From an uncultured Bacilli bacterium (GTDB lineage: Bacteria > Bacillota_I > Bacilli_A > RF39 > UBA660), in the NCBI GenBank assembly GCA_910576795.1, contig CAJTIX010000005.1, forward strand, positions 6,804 to 70,803: a stretch of 64,000 nt of DNA, given 5' to 3'. Positions 21,001 to 30,114 of this stretch are shown in pieces. The notes below the pieces were generated by a model that had not been told where the DNA came from, ran no database searches, and worked only from the letters and a program-made list of their open reading frames with translations. The translations under genes and the position numbers were made by a program. Positions within the stretch are counted from its first letter, which is position 1. Each line of letters opens with the position of its first letter.

Positions 21001-24000
21001 ACAAGTGGAAATTGATACTTGGACAACAAATATTAATAATGCGCTTGATGCTTTAGAAAATGTTGAAAATAGAGAAGATGTAGACACAAGTGCTGTTGAT
21101 AATTATGTGGCTACATTAGTAGAAACAGATTATACGAACTGGGCCGACTTTATGGCATTAGTAAATTCTGTAAAATCAGAAACATTACAAACTGTTTTTG
21201 ATGATAGAGTATCAGAAGTAACAGGTTTTAACTTAATTCCTAACCCTCTTGTTAAGAGTGAATTAACTGAATATTTAGCTACTCTTGGAACGAAAGATGA
21301 CTATAGCAACTGGTCAGGCTTCCAAGATTTGATTGATGAAGCCAATGCACAGACATTACAAAGTAAGTTTGATCTTGCTGTAGATGCTGTGAAAGCTTAT
21401 GTATTACAAGCAAAAGGTATTGATACCACTGCATTAGATAAAATAGAAGCTCAAATTGATCCTTTAATTCCAACCGATTATTCAAATTGGAAAGATTTAC
21501 AAGATTTAATTGCATTAGCAAAAAAACAAACATTACAAAGTGAGTTTGACAAAATTGTAAATAATCAAATTCATGGATTTGAATTAAAAGAAAAACAATT
21601 TGCAAAAACGGAATTAGACGCTCTTCAAGCAGAATTAAATGAAGCTAAAAAACCAACAGTTGCAACTGGAGAATCTGATTATACAGATGAATCAATTGCA
21701 ACAAAACAAGCTTTAATTGATGCAGCATATGATATTACGTTATATAGTGATTATTTAGAAGCATTAAATGCAATTAGAGGAACATCTTTAGTATATAAAA
21801 CAATTGATAAAACTGAATTAGCAGATTATGAAGCCAAATATAATACTGCTTTAGCAAGTGGATTATATACTTCAGAATCATTACAAGCATTTAAAACTGC
21901 AATTAATGCGGCAAATGCTCAAATCGTACCTAGCTTATATGTAGCTGATTTTAAAGCAGTAGTTGATGCATTTACCAATTTGGATAAGTATCCAGAAATT
22001 GTAAATGTTGGTACAATTACAGCTTATGATAATTTAAATCATAAAGAACAAACAAATGGATTTATAAAAGCAGGAGATACAGTTTCTATACCATTTACAA
22101 GTGATGTAGAATTGGATTTAACAGAAGGAAAAACTACATTAACTTTAAGTAGAGGTAGTGTTACTGCTTCAGCAACATCTATTATTCCTTTAGGTGAAGA
22201 TGAAAATGGATATCAATATTTAGCAATTGTTACTGTTCCAACCTCTATGACTGGAACACCTGAATATAGAATTCATCCAGTATCTACAACTGGAGCATCA
22301 AAGGATGATAAAGTAGGAAATATTCCATTTACAATTGATAATATTAAACCAGTTATTTTACTTACACCTATTGAGATAGAAGTAGAAGTAGGAAACACTT
22401 ATACTGATGTAAATCCAGCTATTTATGAAGCTAATGGTTATAATGAAATTACAAAAATTGTAACCTTAAATGGTGTACCAGTTAATGCAGTAAATACTTC
22501 AGTAGTAGCTGATTATACAATTACTTATTATGTAACAGACTATGCAGGAAATGCTGCTACTCCAGTTACAAGAACAGTAAAAGTAGTAGATACTACAAAA
22601 CCAGTAATCACATTAACTGGAGAAGAAGAAGTAACAGTAGAAGTAGGCGGAAGCTATACAGACGCTGGAGCAACAGCTTCAGATAACTACGATGGAGATA
22701 TTACTGCAAATATAGTAACAGTAAATCCAGTAGATACTAAAACAGTAGGTACATATACAGTAACTTACAATGTAACAGATGCAAACGGAAACGCCGCAGT
22801 AGAAGTTACAAGAACAGTAAAAGTAGTAGATACCACAAAACCAGTATTTGATAAGACTCCAATTACAGTAATTTCAGAAGAAGATCAAAATGGTTGGTAT
22901 ACAATTCCATCATTACAACTTCAAGTAAATGGTAGTGATGCTGGAACTGGTATCAAAGAATACCGCTATAAAGTTCTAAATGGAGTTGCTGATACAGAAG
23001 ATACTGAATATACAGACGCAACAGGATATACAACATTAAAAGCTAACGAAGATGGTAACTATATTATTAACATTACAGAAAGTGGTAGTGATGTAAGAGT
23101 TAAAGTAGTTGCTGTTGATAATGCTGGAAATATTTCAGAACCTATCATAAGTGATTCTTATAAAGTTGATTTAGATCAACCTACAGTTGACTATAATGTT
23201 GCAGAAAGAACTGACAATCAACCAATTTCTGTAAATGTTTATACTACAAACTCAGTGGAAACTAGTGGAATTCATCATTATGAATTAGACTATAGCACAG
23301 ATGGTGGTAAAACATGGACATCATTAGATGCAAAACAACCTTCAGAAAATGGAAGTGCAAGCTTTACAATTGATGAAGAATCAGCCAATATTACATTCCG
23401 TGTAAGAGCACAGGATAATGCTGGAAACCTTGGAGATTATACTACAAGTAGAGAATCTTATGTATATGATGACACAGATCCAGTTATTACAGTAGTAGTA
23501 AATGGAGAAGAAAAAATATATACAGAAGATGGATTCTTCGAAATGACAGTACAAGCAAATAATAAAGGAGCATTTGTTTATCCAATCGCTAAAACAGAGG
23601 ATGGAGAACAAATTACTCCAGTAGGAACAGTTTCTTTAGGAAGTTTAACTACTCCAGAAACACCACAAGAAATTACCTATACAGCAATTGATGCCGCTGG
23701 AAATACAACAGTTGTAACTGGAAAGATTTATGTAATTGATACAACTGCACCAGTAATTACATTAACTGGAGAAGATCCACAAATCATTGAATTTGGAAAT
23801 GCTTATGTAGAATTAGGAGCAACTGTAACAGATAACTATGATACAGCTTTAGTTGCAATTCCTAATGTTACAAATGTTGATGTAACAAAAGTAGGTACAT
23901 ATACAGTAACTTACAATGCAGTTGATTCAGAAGGAAATACTGCAGCAGAAGTTACAAGAACAGTGCGTGTAGTAGATACAACCAAACCATTGTTGACAGT

Positions 24001-25993
24001 TATAGAGAAAAAAGATGGAAAAGAGATTCCACATTATAGTAATTTTGAAATGACAGTACAAGCAAATAGTGCGAAAGGTGCAGTATTTGATAACTTAATT
24101 GTAACTGCTACCGATAACTATGATGGAGACTTAATTCCAGCTATAATTGGAACAGTTGATTTGAGTAAACTTGGAACTTATACTTTAACATTTACTGCAA
24201 CAGATAGCTCATCTAATGCAAGTTTAATTAAAGTAACGGTAAAAGTAGTGGATACAAAAATTCCAGTGATTACTTTAAATGGTGGAGATGAAACAATTGA
24301 AGTACATACACCATACACAGATAAAGGAGCCACTGCAATTGATAACTTAGATGGAGATATTACATCTAAAATTAAAACTACAAATACAGTAAATACTGAA
24401 AAAGTAGGAACATATAAAGTAACTTACAATGTAACAGATGCTAATGGAAATAAGGCAGTAGCAGTAACAAGAACTGTAACAGTAGTGGATACAACTGCAC
24501 CAGTAATTACGTTAAAAGGAGACAATCCACAAATCATTAAATATGGAGATGCCTATACAGAGTTAGGTGCAACTGTAACAGATAACTATGATACAGGATT
24601 AACTGCAACACCAGATGCTTCCAAAGTAAATGTAAATGTTGTAGGAACTTATACAGTAACTTATAATGTAACAGATGCTGCTGGAAATAAAGCAGAAACA
24701 GTTACAAGAACAGTACAAGTCGTACCAGTTGAAAGTTCTGAATCATTCAGAGAAGCAAATAACTGTTCAGAAACAGGAATTTGCTACAACACAGTAGAAA
24801 AAGACAACTATATTTGGTACAGTGGATACTTATGGAGAGTGATCTCTATTGGTGAAGACAATACAATGAAATTGATTACAGAAGATTCCATTGCAGGATT
24901 CTCATATGATGATGCTACTAGTACATTCAAAGGTAGTATTGTAGAGGATTGGTTAATCAATGAATTCTATCCAACCTTAAATAATAGAACAACCATTGTA
25001 ACAACTGCACCTTATTGTAATCAAGGTACTAAAACAATGTCTGATAAACGTACAACTTGTGATCCAAATAGTATTGTATATAGTAAAGTCGGATTATTGA
25101 CGATGGATGAATACAATATTTTAGGAGCAGATAAAAGTTTCTTAAATACTGGTGATCAATTCTATACAATGACTATCACTGGTGGAAGAAATGTTTGGGT
25201 AATAGATTACCTAGGAATAGGTAAAACTGGATATCGTGTTAATGAAAGTACATTTGCAATTCGTCCAGTAATTACCGTTGCAAATACAACAAAAATTCGT
25301 TCTGGTAAAGGTACTGCAACTGATCCATATCGTTTTGAAGGAGATTACAGTGCAACGAGCGGAACAAAATTGAATACAAGAAATTCAGGAGAATACGTAA
25401 CATTTGCAAATCAAACTTGGCGTATCGTAAGAGCAGGAACTGATACAAAATTAGTTATGGATTCATTATATAAAGTAAATGGGGATGAACAAAAAGTAAT
25501 GTTTGAAACCGTTGGAAACTTTAATTTATCAAATGGAATTGGTAACTATTTAAATGATAAAGTATATAATGACTTATTTAAAGAAGCTGAACAAAAAGCT
25601 ATGACAAAAATAAGCTTATATAATGCACCATATCATTATGGAGCAGATCCAAGAAAAACTAGTATGATTGCTACAGGAACTCGTATTGAGGCATATGTAG
25701 GATTGAATACAGTAGGTGGTATTTTAAGTGGAAACTGGGATTCACCAAAAGAAAATGGAGAATCATCAAGGTTGAAAATAAAAGGAATCACTGCTTGGTT
25801 AATGAACTATAATGATACCTATAATGGTAGTGCTGAAGGACCTCGCGCTTGGTACACAAGTACAGCTGGATCAACATTATTTGCACCAGCTACCGATATT
25901 AGAGGTGTAAAACCTGTAATTGCATTAAGAAATTATGTAACAATTAAATCTGGTAGTGGAACAAGTACAGATCCATATGTATTAAACTATTAG
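18098..25993 (+). CDS. giant (2631 aa) membrane-anchored surface protein with Ig-like (DUF5011-type) and FIVAR-like repeats
   Basis: N-terminal signal-anchor IISLTGLIVLTISGFFGY. More than 12 ~80-aa repeats (PVITL.G...V..G..YTD.GATA.DN.DGDIT...GTYTVTYNVTD.AGN....TRTV.VVD). Two FIVAR-like blocks, two AGN-motif beta domains and two tandem C-terminal modules. No LPXTG. Confidence 0.85.
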   Translation: MLNKFKNSKISTKIISLTGLIVLTISGFFGYQKIDNYFKLENMKRLAVNAAQQYLEDNGIVTEKESITTSLGTLAAEGYIDSDHIKNDYIDESYVVTYQNESTAYMVRSNGTSRGGIIIGKQEVSATFVKQPAGPTRGNVEVTMTATEPIETPNGWTPKKVTGEDGSLVDSTTIFTKTFSDNGIENIGLNPVNPENKSVSKQLVIGNIDRLAPTITGVKEGEIYGPNTLPTITYSDANTNADNVVTATLTNNTTNEEITITSPYTLSINGEYTLVVSDTAGNEATVHFTVDLEAPTITLNEGNATVSVPAGTTDTAYILDGVVFSDNIDDATVLKNNVKVTNTVNTNITGTYTITYVVTDTAGNTSATVTRNVVVEDTLAPVLTVESPIVLQVGDSYDELQGVSAIDLYDGDITANVKVTYTGISLDITKKGTYYATYKVTDAAGNEATAQRIITVVDKTELLKLIAQIQSYGLVEDDYTEASWNALQTALNQAETTQAQIDAKVTAIQNAYAKLVKDLNADFVARLEAAKTSVDQTATNPKYIESDYTEEAWKVVTDALAKAEAAKTEGLNSKLSPALDALEQAIAALEDDANKASIDYTRLAELLEELATLEKTGDYTEESIGAKRTAIQNAYNIKLPSEYAKELARIEAMTLTQKELANKDVLDALEQEFNNLTKSDDYTPDSIQAVEDAIAAAKQDGLKQSEFDAALDAIRDAIDALAKYPTVSVDDSSFTTNNSEQKGYVKESDSITFAFTSTEELNTTSTTVTVKMGSKTYNGATISEVGKVGDQYLYLVTFTVPGTDSGALIYTIHPVSTKGAEREDNSDDATGNVPYIMDNNKPLIATVDDVTIKVGETYTDVLPSASDIFFDKLYDVTSQITLNGVVVSSINTSAPVVYVITYNVKDFAGNEAVQKVTRTVNVVDTTALETAREKAGKLTASDYKSDAWNALQTALTGIVDETQLTEKTQVEIDTWTTNINNALDALENVENREDVDTSAVDNYVATLVETDYTNWADFMALVNSVKSETLQTVFDDRVSEVTGFNLIPNPLVKSELTEYLATLGTKDDYSNWSGFQDLIDEANAQTLQSKFDLAVDAVKAYVLQAKGIDTTALDKIEAQIDPLIPTDYSNWKDLQDLIALAKKQTLQSEFDKIVNNQIHGFELKEKQFAKTELDALQAELNEAKKPTVATGESDYTDESIATKQALIDAAYDITLYSDYLEALNAIRGTSLVYKTIDKTELADYEAKYNTALASGLYTSESLQAFKTAINAANAQIVPSLYVADFKAVVDAFTNLDKYPEIVNVGTITAYDNLNHKEQTNGFIKAGDTVSIPFTSDVELDLTEGKTTLTLSRGSVTASATSIIPLGEDENGYQYLAIVTVPTSMTGTPEYRIHPVSTTGASKDDKVGNIPFTIDNIKPVILLTPIEIEVEVGNTYTDVNPAIYEANGYNEITKIVTLNGVPVNAVNTSVVADYTITYYVTDYAGNAATPVTRTVKVVDTTKPVITLTGEEEVTVEVGGSYTDAGATASDNYDGDITANIVTVNPVDTKTVGTYTVTYNVTDANGNAAVEVTRTVKVVDTTKPVFDKTPITVISEEDQNGWYTIPSLQLQVNGSDAGTGIKEYRYKVLNGVADTEDTEYTDATGYTTLKANEDGNYIINITESGSDVRVKVVAVDNAGNISEPIISDSYKVDLDQPTVDYNVAERTDNQPISVNVYTTNSVETSGIHHYELDYSTDGGKTWTSLDAKQPSENGSASFTIDEESANITFRVRAQDNAGNLGDYTTSRESYVYDDTDPVITVVVNGEEKIYTEDGFFEMTVQANNKGAFVYPIAKTEDGEQITPVGTVSLGSLTTPETPQEITYTAIDAAGNTTVVTGKIYVIDTTAPVITLTGEDPQIIEFGNAYVELGATVTDNYDTALVAIPNVTNVDVTKVGTYTVTYNAVDSEGNTAAEVTRTVRVVDTTKPLLTVIEKKDGKEIPHYSNFEMTVQANSAKGAVFDNLIVTATDNYDGDLIPAIIGTVDLSKLGTYTLTFTATDSSSNASLIKVTVKVVDTKIPVITLNGGDETIEVHTPYTDKGATAIDNLDGDITSKIKTTNTVNTEKVGTYKVTYNVTDANGNKAVAVTRTVTVVDTTAPVITLKGDNPQIIKYGDAYTELGATVTDNYDTGLTATPDASKVNVNVVGTYTVTYNVTDAAGNKAETVTRTVQVVPVESSESFREANNCSETGICYNTVEKDNYIWYSGYLWRVISIGEDNTMKLITEDSIAGFSYDDATSTFKGSIVEDWLINEFYPTLNNRTTIVTTAPYCNQGTKTMSDKRTTCDPNSIVYSKVGLLTMDEYNILGADKSFLNTGDQFYTMTITGGRNVWVIDYLGIGKTGYRVNESTFAIRPVITVANTTKIRSGKGTATDPYRFEGDYSATSGTKLNTRNSGEYVTFANQTWRIVRAGTDTKLVMDSLYKVNGDEQKVMFETVGNFNLSNGIGNYLNDKVYNDLFKEAEQKAMTKISLYNAPYHYGADPRKTSMIATGTRIEAYVGLNTVGGILSGNWDSPKENGESSRLKIKGITAWLMNYNDTYNGSAEGPRAWYTSTAGSTLFAPATDIRGVKPVIALRNYVTIKSGSGTSTDPYVLNY
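22585..24720 (+). repeat. array of diverged ~240-bp coding repeats (DUF5011-type Ig-like domains); coordinates approximate
   Basis: The strings ACAAGAACAGTAAAAGTAGTAGATAC(T/C)ACAAAACCAGTA and GTAGGTACATATACAGTAACTTACAATG recur. Confidence 0.7.
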
Positions 25994-25995
25994 TA

Positions 25996-26019
25996 AAAAA
26001 CTCCTATTGGAGTTTTTTT
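25996..26019 (+). terminator. rho-independent terminator
   Basis: AAAACTCC-TATT-GGAGTTTT followed by a T-run. Confidence 0.75.
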
Positions 26020-26032
26020 ACCCAATAGGGAT

Positions 26033-26060
26033 TTGACAAATTATATATTTATGTTATAAT
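26033..26060 (+). promoter_or_regulatory. promoter with extended -10
   Basis: TTGACA-16 nt-TGTTATAAT. Confidence 0.55.
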
Positions 26061-26086
26061 ATCACTCATATGAAGGGGGAAAAAAT

Positions 26087-27121
26087 ATGTCAAATAACAA
26101 CAGAAAAACGGCAAGAAACTTAGAAAATTCACCATATAATGGCCAAACTACAAAAATAGAAAATAAAGAGAAAAAAGGCAATCCAATACGTTATATAATA
26201 GGTGGACTTGTAGGCGTAGTGTGTTTATTATCACTACATGACTGTAATTGTCTAGGTTGTAGTGGAGAATCTGAAATTGATAATGGTAAAGAAAACGACC
26301 TAGATGTTAGTGGTGATGATGCAGAACTTCTCGAAGATATGGAAGATGTTGCTCAAAAATTGGCAAATGATTTAGTAAACAAAATCACAGAACCTACGAT
26401 TGATACGGTAAAGGAAATCGTAAAGGAAACGAATTTAAAAATAGCTAGTACTTTAGTAGAAGATGCGAATGATTGGAAAGAACAATTAGAAAATCAAGAA
26501 ACAGAACCAGAAATCATTGATGGGGAAACAGATTTAGAAGATTCTAAAGAAGATGACAATCAAAAAGAAAATTCAAATAATTCAAATTCCAACAAACCAT
26601 CTTCGAATACAAGACCTAGTGGTGGTAGTTCAAATGATGCAACGATAGAATCACCAGAAATGGGAGAAACAACACCAACGCCACCACCTGCGACACCAAC
26701 ACCAACGCCGCCACCTGCGACACCAACGCCACCACCTGCGACACCAACACCAACGCCGCCACCTGCGACACCAACGCCGCCACCTGATAAAATTGACGGA
26801 TCAACAACGGACGGGGATGGTCAAACAGATATTGGTGAAGGGGAAACTGATGAAATTGTATTCCCATCAGATCCTACAGATAATATGGGAGAACAACAAA
26901 ACAGTTCATCTATGCCAAATGATGCAGAACCAACACAAGATGAAATTGTATCCCCAATGGGAACTCCAAAAGTATCTAGTGGAGATGCAAATGATATTTC
27001 TAGTAGAAAAAATATCCTAATGGAAATGAAAATGTTCTGTCAGAGAATTTCTATGTATCAGAGCTCATTGGAAGATTCTATGGTAGAATCAATAGGAACT
27101 GTAAAACAATATTATTTATAA
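26087..27121 (+). CDS. acidic, Pro/Thr-rich membrane-anchored protein
   Basis: TM helix IIGGLVGVVCLLSL, an Asp/Glu-rich region and a TPTPPPATPTPTPPPA repeat. No family recognised. Confidence 0.55.
   Translation: MSNNNRKTARNLENSPYNGQTTKIENKEKKGNPIRYIIGGLVGVVCLLSLHDCNCLGCSGESEIDNGKENDLDVSGDDAELLEDMEDVAQKLANDLVNKITEPTIDTVKEIVKETNLKIASTLVEDANDWKEQLENQETEPEIIDGETDLEDSKEDDNQKENSNNSNSNKPSSNTRPSGGSSNDATIESPEMGETTPTPPPATPTPTPPPATPTPPPATPTPTPPPATPTPPPDKIDGSTTDGDGQTDIGEGETDEIVFPSDPTDNMGEQQNSSSMPNDAEPTQDEIVSPMGTPKVSSGDANDISSRKNILMEMKMFCQRISMYQSSLEDSMVESIGTVKQYYL
26672..26786 (+). repeat. GC-rich tandem coding repeat (Pro-Thr linker)
   Basis: ACACCAACGCC(A/G)CCACCTGCG units are reiterated about five times. 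Confidence 0.85.
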
Positions 27122-27202
27122 CATACAAAGGACTTTATTAAGTTCTTTTTATGTGGTTCTTTTTAATAGAGGTTGTACATATATTTTCTTAGAGGTGCTG
27201 CT

Positions 27203-29110
27203 ATGTTTTTTAAAGGAATCCACACACGTATTAAAATTGTATTACTGGTACTTATTTGTATTTTTATACTCATCATTGGGAAAGTATTCTATACACAAGT
27301 AATTGATTATAAAAAATTAAATCATTTAGCATCCAGTTTATGGAGTAGAAATTTACCAATAGAAGCAGATCGTGGTCGAATTTATGATCGTAATGGAGTT
27401 GTACTTGCGGATAATAAAACAACAACCTCTCTTGTCTTGATACCCAATCAAATCAAGGACAAAGAAACCACAGCCCAAAAATTGAGTGAAATTCTAAATG
27501 TTAGCTGTGAAGATATGTATAAACATGTTAGTAAAAAAACATCAATAGAAAGAGTTCATCCTGAAGGAAGAAGACTATCTTATGAAATTGCAGATAAAAT
27601 CAATGCACTTGGATTAGACGGTGTTTACTTAATCAAAGAATCTCAAAGATATTATCCCTATGATACTATGATGTCTCATACACTAGGATTTGTAGGAATT
27701 GATAACCAAGGATTAAGTGGTTTGGAATTGATGTACAATGATTATTTAACTGGAGAATATGGTGCAATTAAATACCTATCAGATGCAAAAGGAAATAAAT
27801 TAGAATTGACAGAAATATATGAAGAACCACAAGATGGAGTCAATATTACACTTACCATTAATTATGAATTGCAATCGGTATTAGAAAGGGAACTTGATAA
27901 TGCTGTATTAAAATATAACCCTGATCAAGCCCTTGGAATTGCAATGGATCCTAATACTGGTGAAATTTTAGCTATTTCCTCAAGACCCAATTTTTCACCA
28001 AGCCACTACCAAGAATACACAACAGAACAAATCAATCGTAATTTACCAATATGGGCTACCTATGAACCAGGTTCTACCTTCAAAGTAATTACACTCGCAA
28101 CTGCTTTAGAAGAAAAACTAGTAGATTTACAAAAAGATAACTTCTTTGATGGAGGTAGTATTACTGTTGAAAATGCACGCATTCGATGTTGGAAACATGG
28201 TGGACACGGTTCACAAACATATTTACAAGTAGTTGAAAATTCATGTAACCCTGGATTTGTTGCTTTGGGACAGAAAATTGGAAAAGAAACATTATTTAAA
28301 TATATCCGTAATTTCGGATTTGGAACTCCTACTGGAATTGACTTAAATGGAGAAAGTTCTGGAATCCTATTTTCACTCGACAAAGTAGGACCTGTTGAAC
28401 TGGCAACTACTGCCTTTGGGCAAGGAGTCTCTGTAACTCCAATTCAACAAATTACAGCAGTTTCTGCCGCTATTAATGGTGGATATCTAAATACACCCTA
28501 TATCGTAAAAAGCTTAAATGAACCAGAAACCAATACTGTAATTCAACAAATAAATACCAAAACCAAACGGAAAGTCATCAGTAATGAAACCAGTGAACAA
28601 GTAAGATATGCCTTAGAAAGTGTCGTAACCAATGGAAGTGGAAGAAATGCATTTATTGAAGGATATCGTGTAGGTGGAAAAACAGGAACAGCCCAAAAAG
28701 TAGAAAATGGTTCCTATATGGTTGGAAATTATATTACCTCCTTTATGGGATTTATGCCAGCTAATGATCCAAAAATCATTGTTTACATTGCGATAGATAA
28801 CGCAAAAGGAATTACACAATATGGTGGGACAGTAGCAGCACCAATCGCAAGAAACGTATTACTATCCGCGATTGATATTTTAAATATAGAAAAACCAGAA
28901 GGAAGTAGTGAGAAAAATTATCAATATTATGAAAAAAAATATGCGACAGTTCCAGATGTTACTGGAAAACCTCTTCAAGAGGCAATGCAGGAATTAAAAC
29001 AATTTAAAGTAGAATACACAGGAACTGGGAATACCGTTTACTATCAATCTCCTAGTGCGAATACTCGTATTTTCGAAGGTGAAACGGTACGTTTATTAAT
29101 ACAAGAATAG
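27203..29110 (+). CDS. spoVD: class B penicillin-binding protein, SpoVD/FtsI-like, one PASTA domain
   Basis: TM anchor, STFK, SCN and KTGT transpeptidase motifs and a C-terminal PASTA (VPDVTGKPLQEAMQELK). ATG 27203 follows an AGAGGTG RBS. Confidence 0.85.
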   Translation: MFFKGIHTRIKIVLLVLICIFILIIGKVFYTQVIDYKKLNHLASSLWSRNLPIEADRGRIYDRNGVVLADNKTTTSLVLIPNQIKDKETTAQKLSEILNVSCEDMYKHVSKKTSIERVHPEGRRLSYEIADKINALGLDGVYLIKESQRYYPYDTMMSHTLGFVGIDNQGLSGLELMYNDYLTGEYGAIKYLSDAKGNKLELTEIYEEPQDGVNITLTINYELQSVLERELDNAVLKYNPDQALGIAMDPNTGEILAISSRPNFSPSHYQEYTTEQINRNLPIWATYEPGSTFKVITLATALEEKLVDLQKDNFFDGGSITVENARIRCWKHGGHGSQTYLQVVENSCNPGFVALGQKIGKETLFKYIRNFGFGTPTGIDLNGESSGILFSLDKVGPVELATTAFGQGVSVTPIQQITAVSAAINGGYLNTPYIVKSLNEPETNTVIQQINTKTKRKVISNETSEQVRYALESVVTNGSGRNAFIEGYRVGGKTGTAQKVENGSYMVGNYITSFMGFMPANDPKIIVYIAIDNAKGITQYGGTVAAPIARNVLLSAIDILNIEKPEGSSEKNYQYYEKKYATVPDVTGKPLQEAMQELKQFKVEYTGTGNTVYYQSPSANTRIFEGETVRLLIQE

Positions 29111-29119
29111 AGGTGCTTT

Positions 29120-30112
29120 ATGTTAATACTTACAAAATCGGTTTTAGCAGTTATGATTGGACTTATCTTTTCTGTATGCACAGCTTGCGTTATCATACCT
29201 TTACTTCGAAAGTTCAAAGCGTCACAATCCTTAAGCGTTTACTTAGATGAACGACACAAAGAAAAAAAAGGGACACCCACTATGGGAGGACTTATTTTTA
29301 TACTACCAACATTACTTATAATGTTATTGTTGTTTTACTTTAAAAAAATTACATTTTCCTATAATTTAGGGATTGTCTTATTCACTTTCTTTGGATATGG
29401 TTGTATTGGATTCTTAGATGATTTTCTCATTATTTTAAGACATAACAACAAAGGACTTAGTGAAAATGCCAAACTGATTCTTCAAATTTTCATTGCCATT
29501 GTCTTCTTCTATTTATTTATGGTTGCGAATAATGAACCTTTATTATGGATTCATTCATTCAAAATCAAATGGGATATTGGATGGTTTTATGGATTATTCA
29601 TATTGTTTGTCTTAGTCGCCAGTAGCAATGCTGTGAACCTAACAGATGGGCTAGATGGACTTGCTGGAGGATTATCGGCAATTGCTTTTGGAACATTTGG
29701 TATCATTACTTGGGCAACTGGATGGTTGGAAGGGTATGAAGCCATCGCATTATTCTGTTTTGTTTTACTTGGTAGTATTCTTGGATTTCTGATATTTAAT
29801 GTCAAACCAGCAAAAGTATTTATGGGGGATACTGGGTCTTTGGCACTTGGAGCAACTTTAGGAACAATTGCTATTTTAACGAGACATGAACTCTTACTCA
29901 TAGTCATTGGAATTGTATTTGTAATAGAAACAACCACTTGTATTATTCAAAGATATTATTATAAATTGACACATAAACGAATTTTTCCTATGACACCGAT
30001 TCATCATACATTCGAAAAATTAGGCTGGAAAGAACAAGATATTGTAAAATTGTTTTGGATTGTTGGACTACTTGGATCCATGCTCGCGATTATATATGGA
30101 GTGTGGTTCTAA
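29120..30112 (+). CDS. mraY: phospho-N-acetylmuramoyl-pentapeptide transferase
   Basis: KKGTPTMGGLIF, NAVNLTDGLDGLA and MGDTGSLALG motifs. Confidence 0.95.
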   Translation: MLILTKSVLAVMIGLIFSVCTACVIIPLLRKFKASQSLSVYLDERHKEKKGTPTMGGLIFILPTLLIMLLLFYFKKITFSYNLGIVLFTFFGYGCIGFLDDFLIILRHNNKGLSENAKLILQIFIAIVFFYLFMVANNEPLLWIHSFKIKWDIGWFYGLFILFVLVASSNAVNLTDGLDGLAGGLSAIAFGTFGIITWATGWLEGYEAIALFCFVLLGSILGFLIFNVKPAKVFMGDTGSLALGATLGTIAILTRHELLLIVIGIVFVIETTTCIIQRYYYKLTHKRIFPMTPIHHTFEKLGWKEQDIVKLFWIVGLLGSMLAIIYGVWF

Positions 30113-30114
30113 CC

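Noticed and set aside
18955-23611. Several 60-110-aa minus-strand ORFs within the giant protein gene (18955, 20158, 21279, 23381).
   Set aside because: They are embedded in an uninterrupted 7.9-kb ORF with strong domain periodicity. The antisense translations are low complexity.
26672-26786. Short regularly repeated GC-rich units, checked as a possible CRISPR or other non-coding array.
   Set aside because: The units are contiguous with no spacers and lie in frame within a long ORF encoding a Pro-Thr linker.
30055-30114. A 20-codon N-terminal extension of ftsW overlapping the mraY 3' end.
   Set aside because: ATG 30115 immediately follows the mraY stop and yields the usual SEDS N-terminus (MKKRMDYGLFI..).
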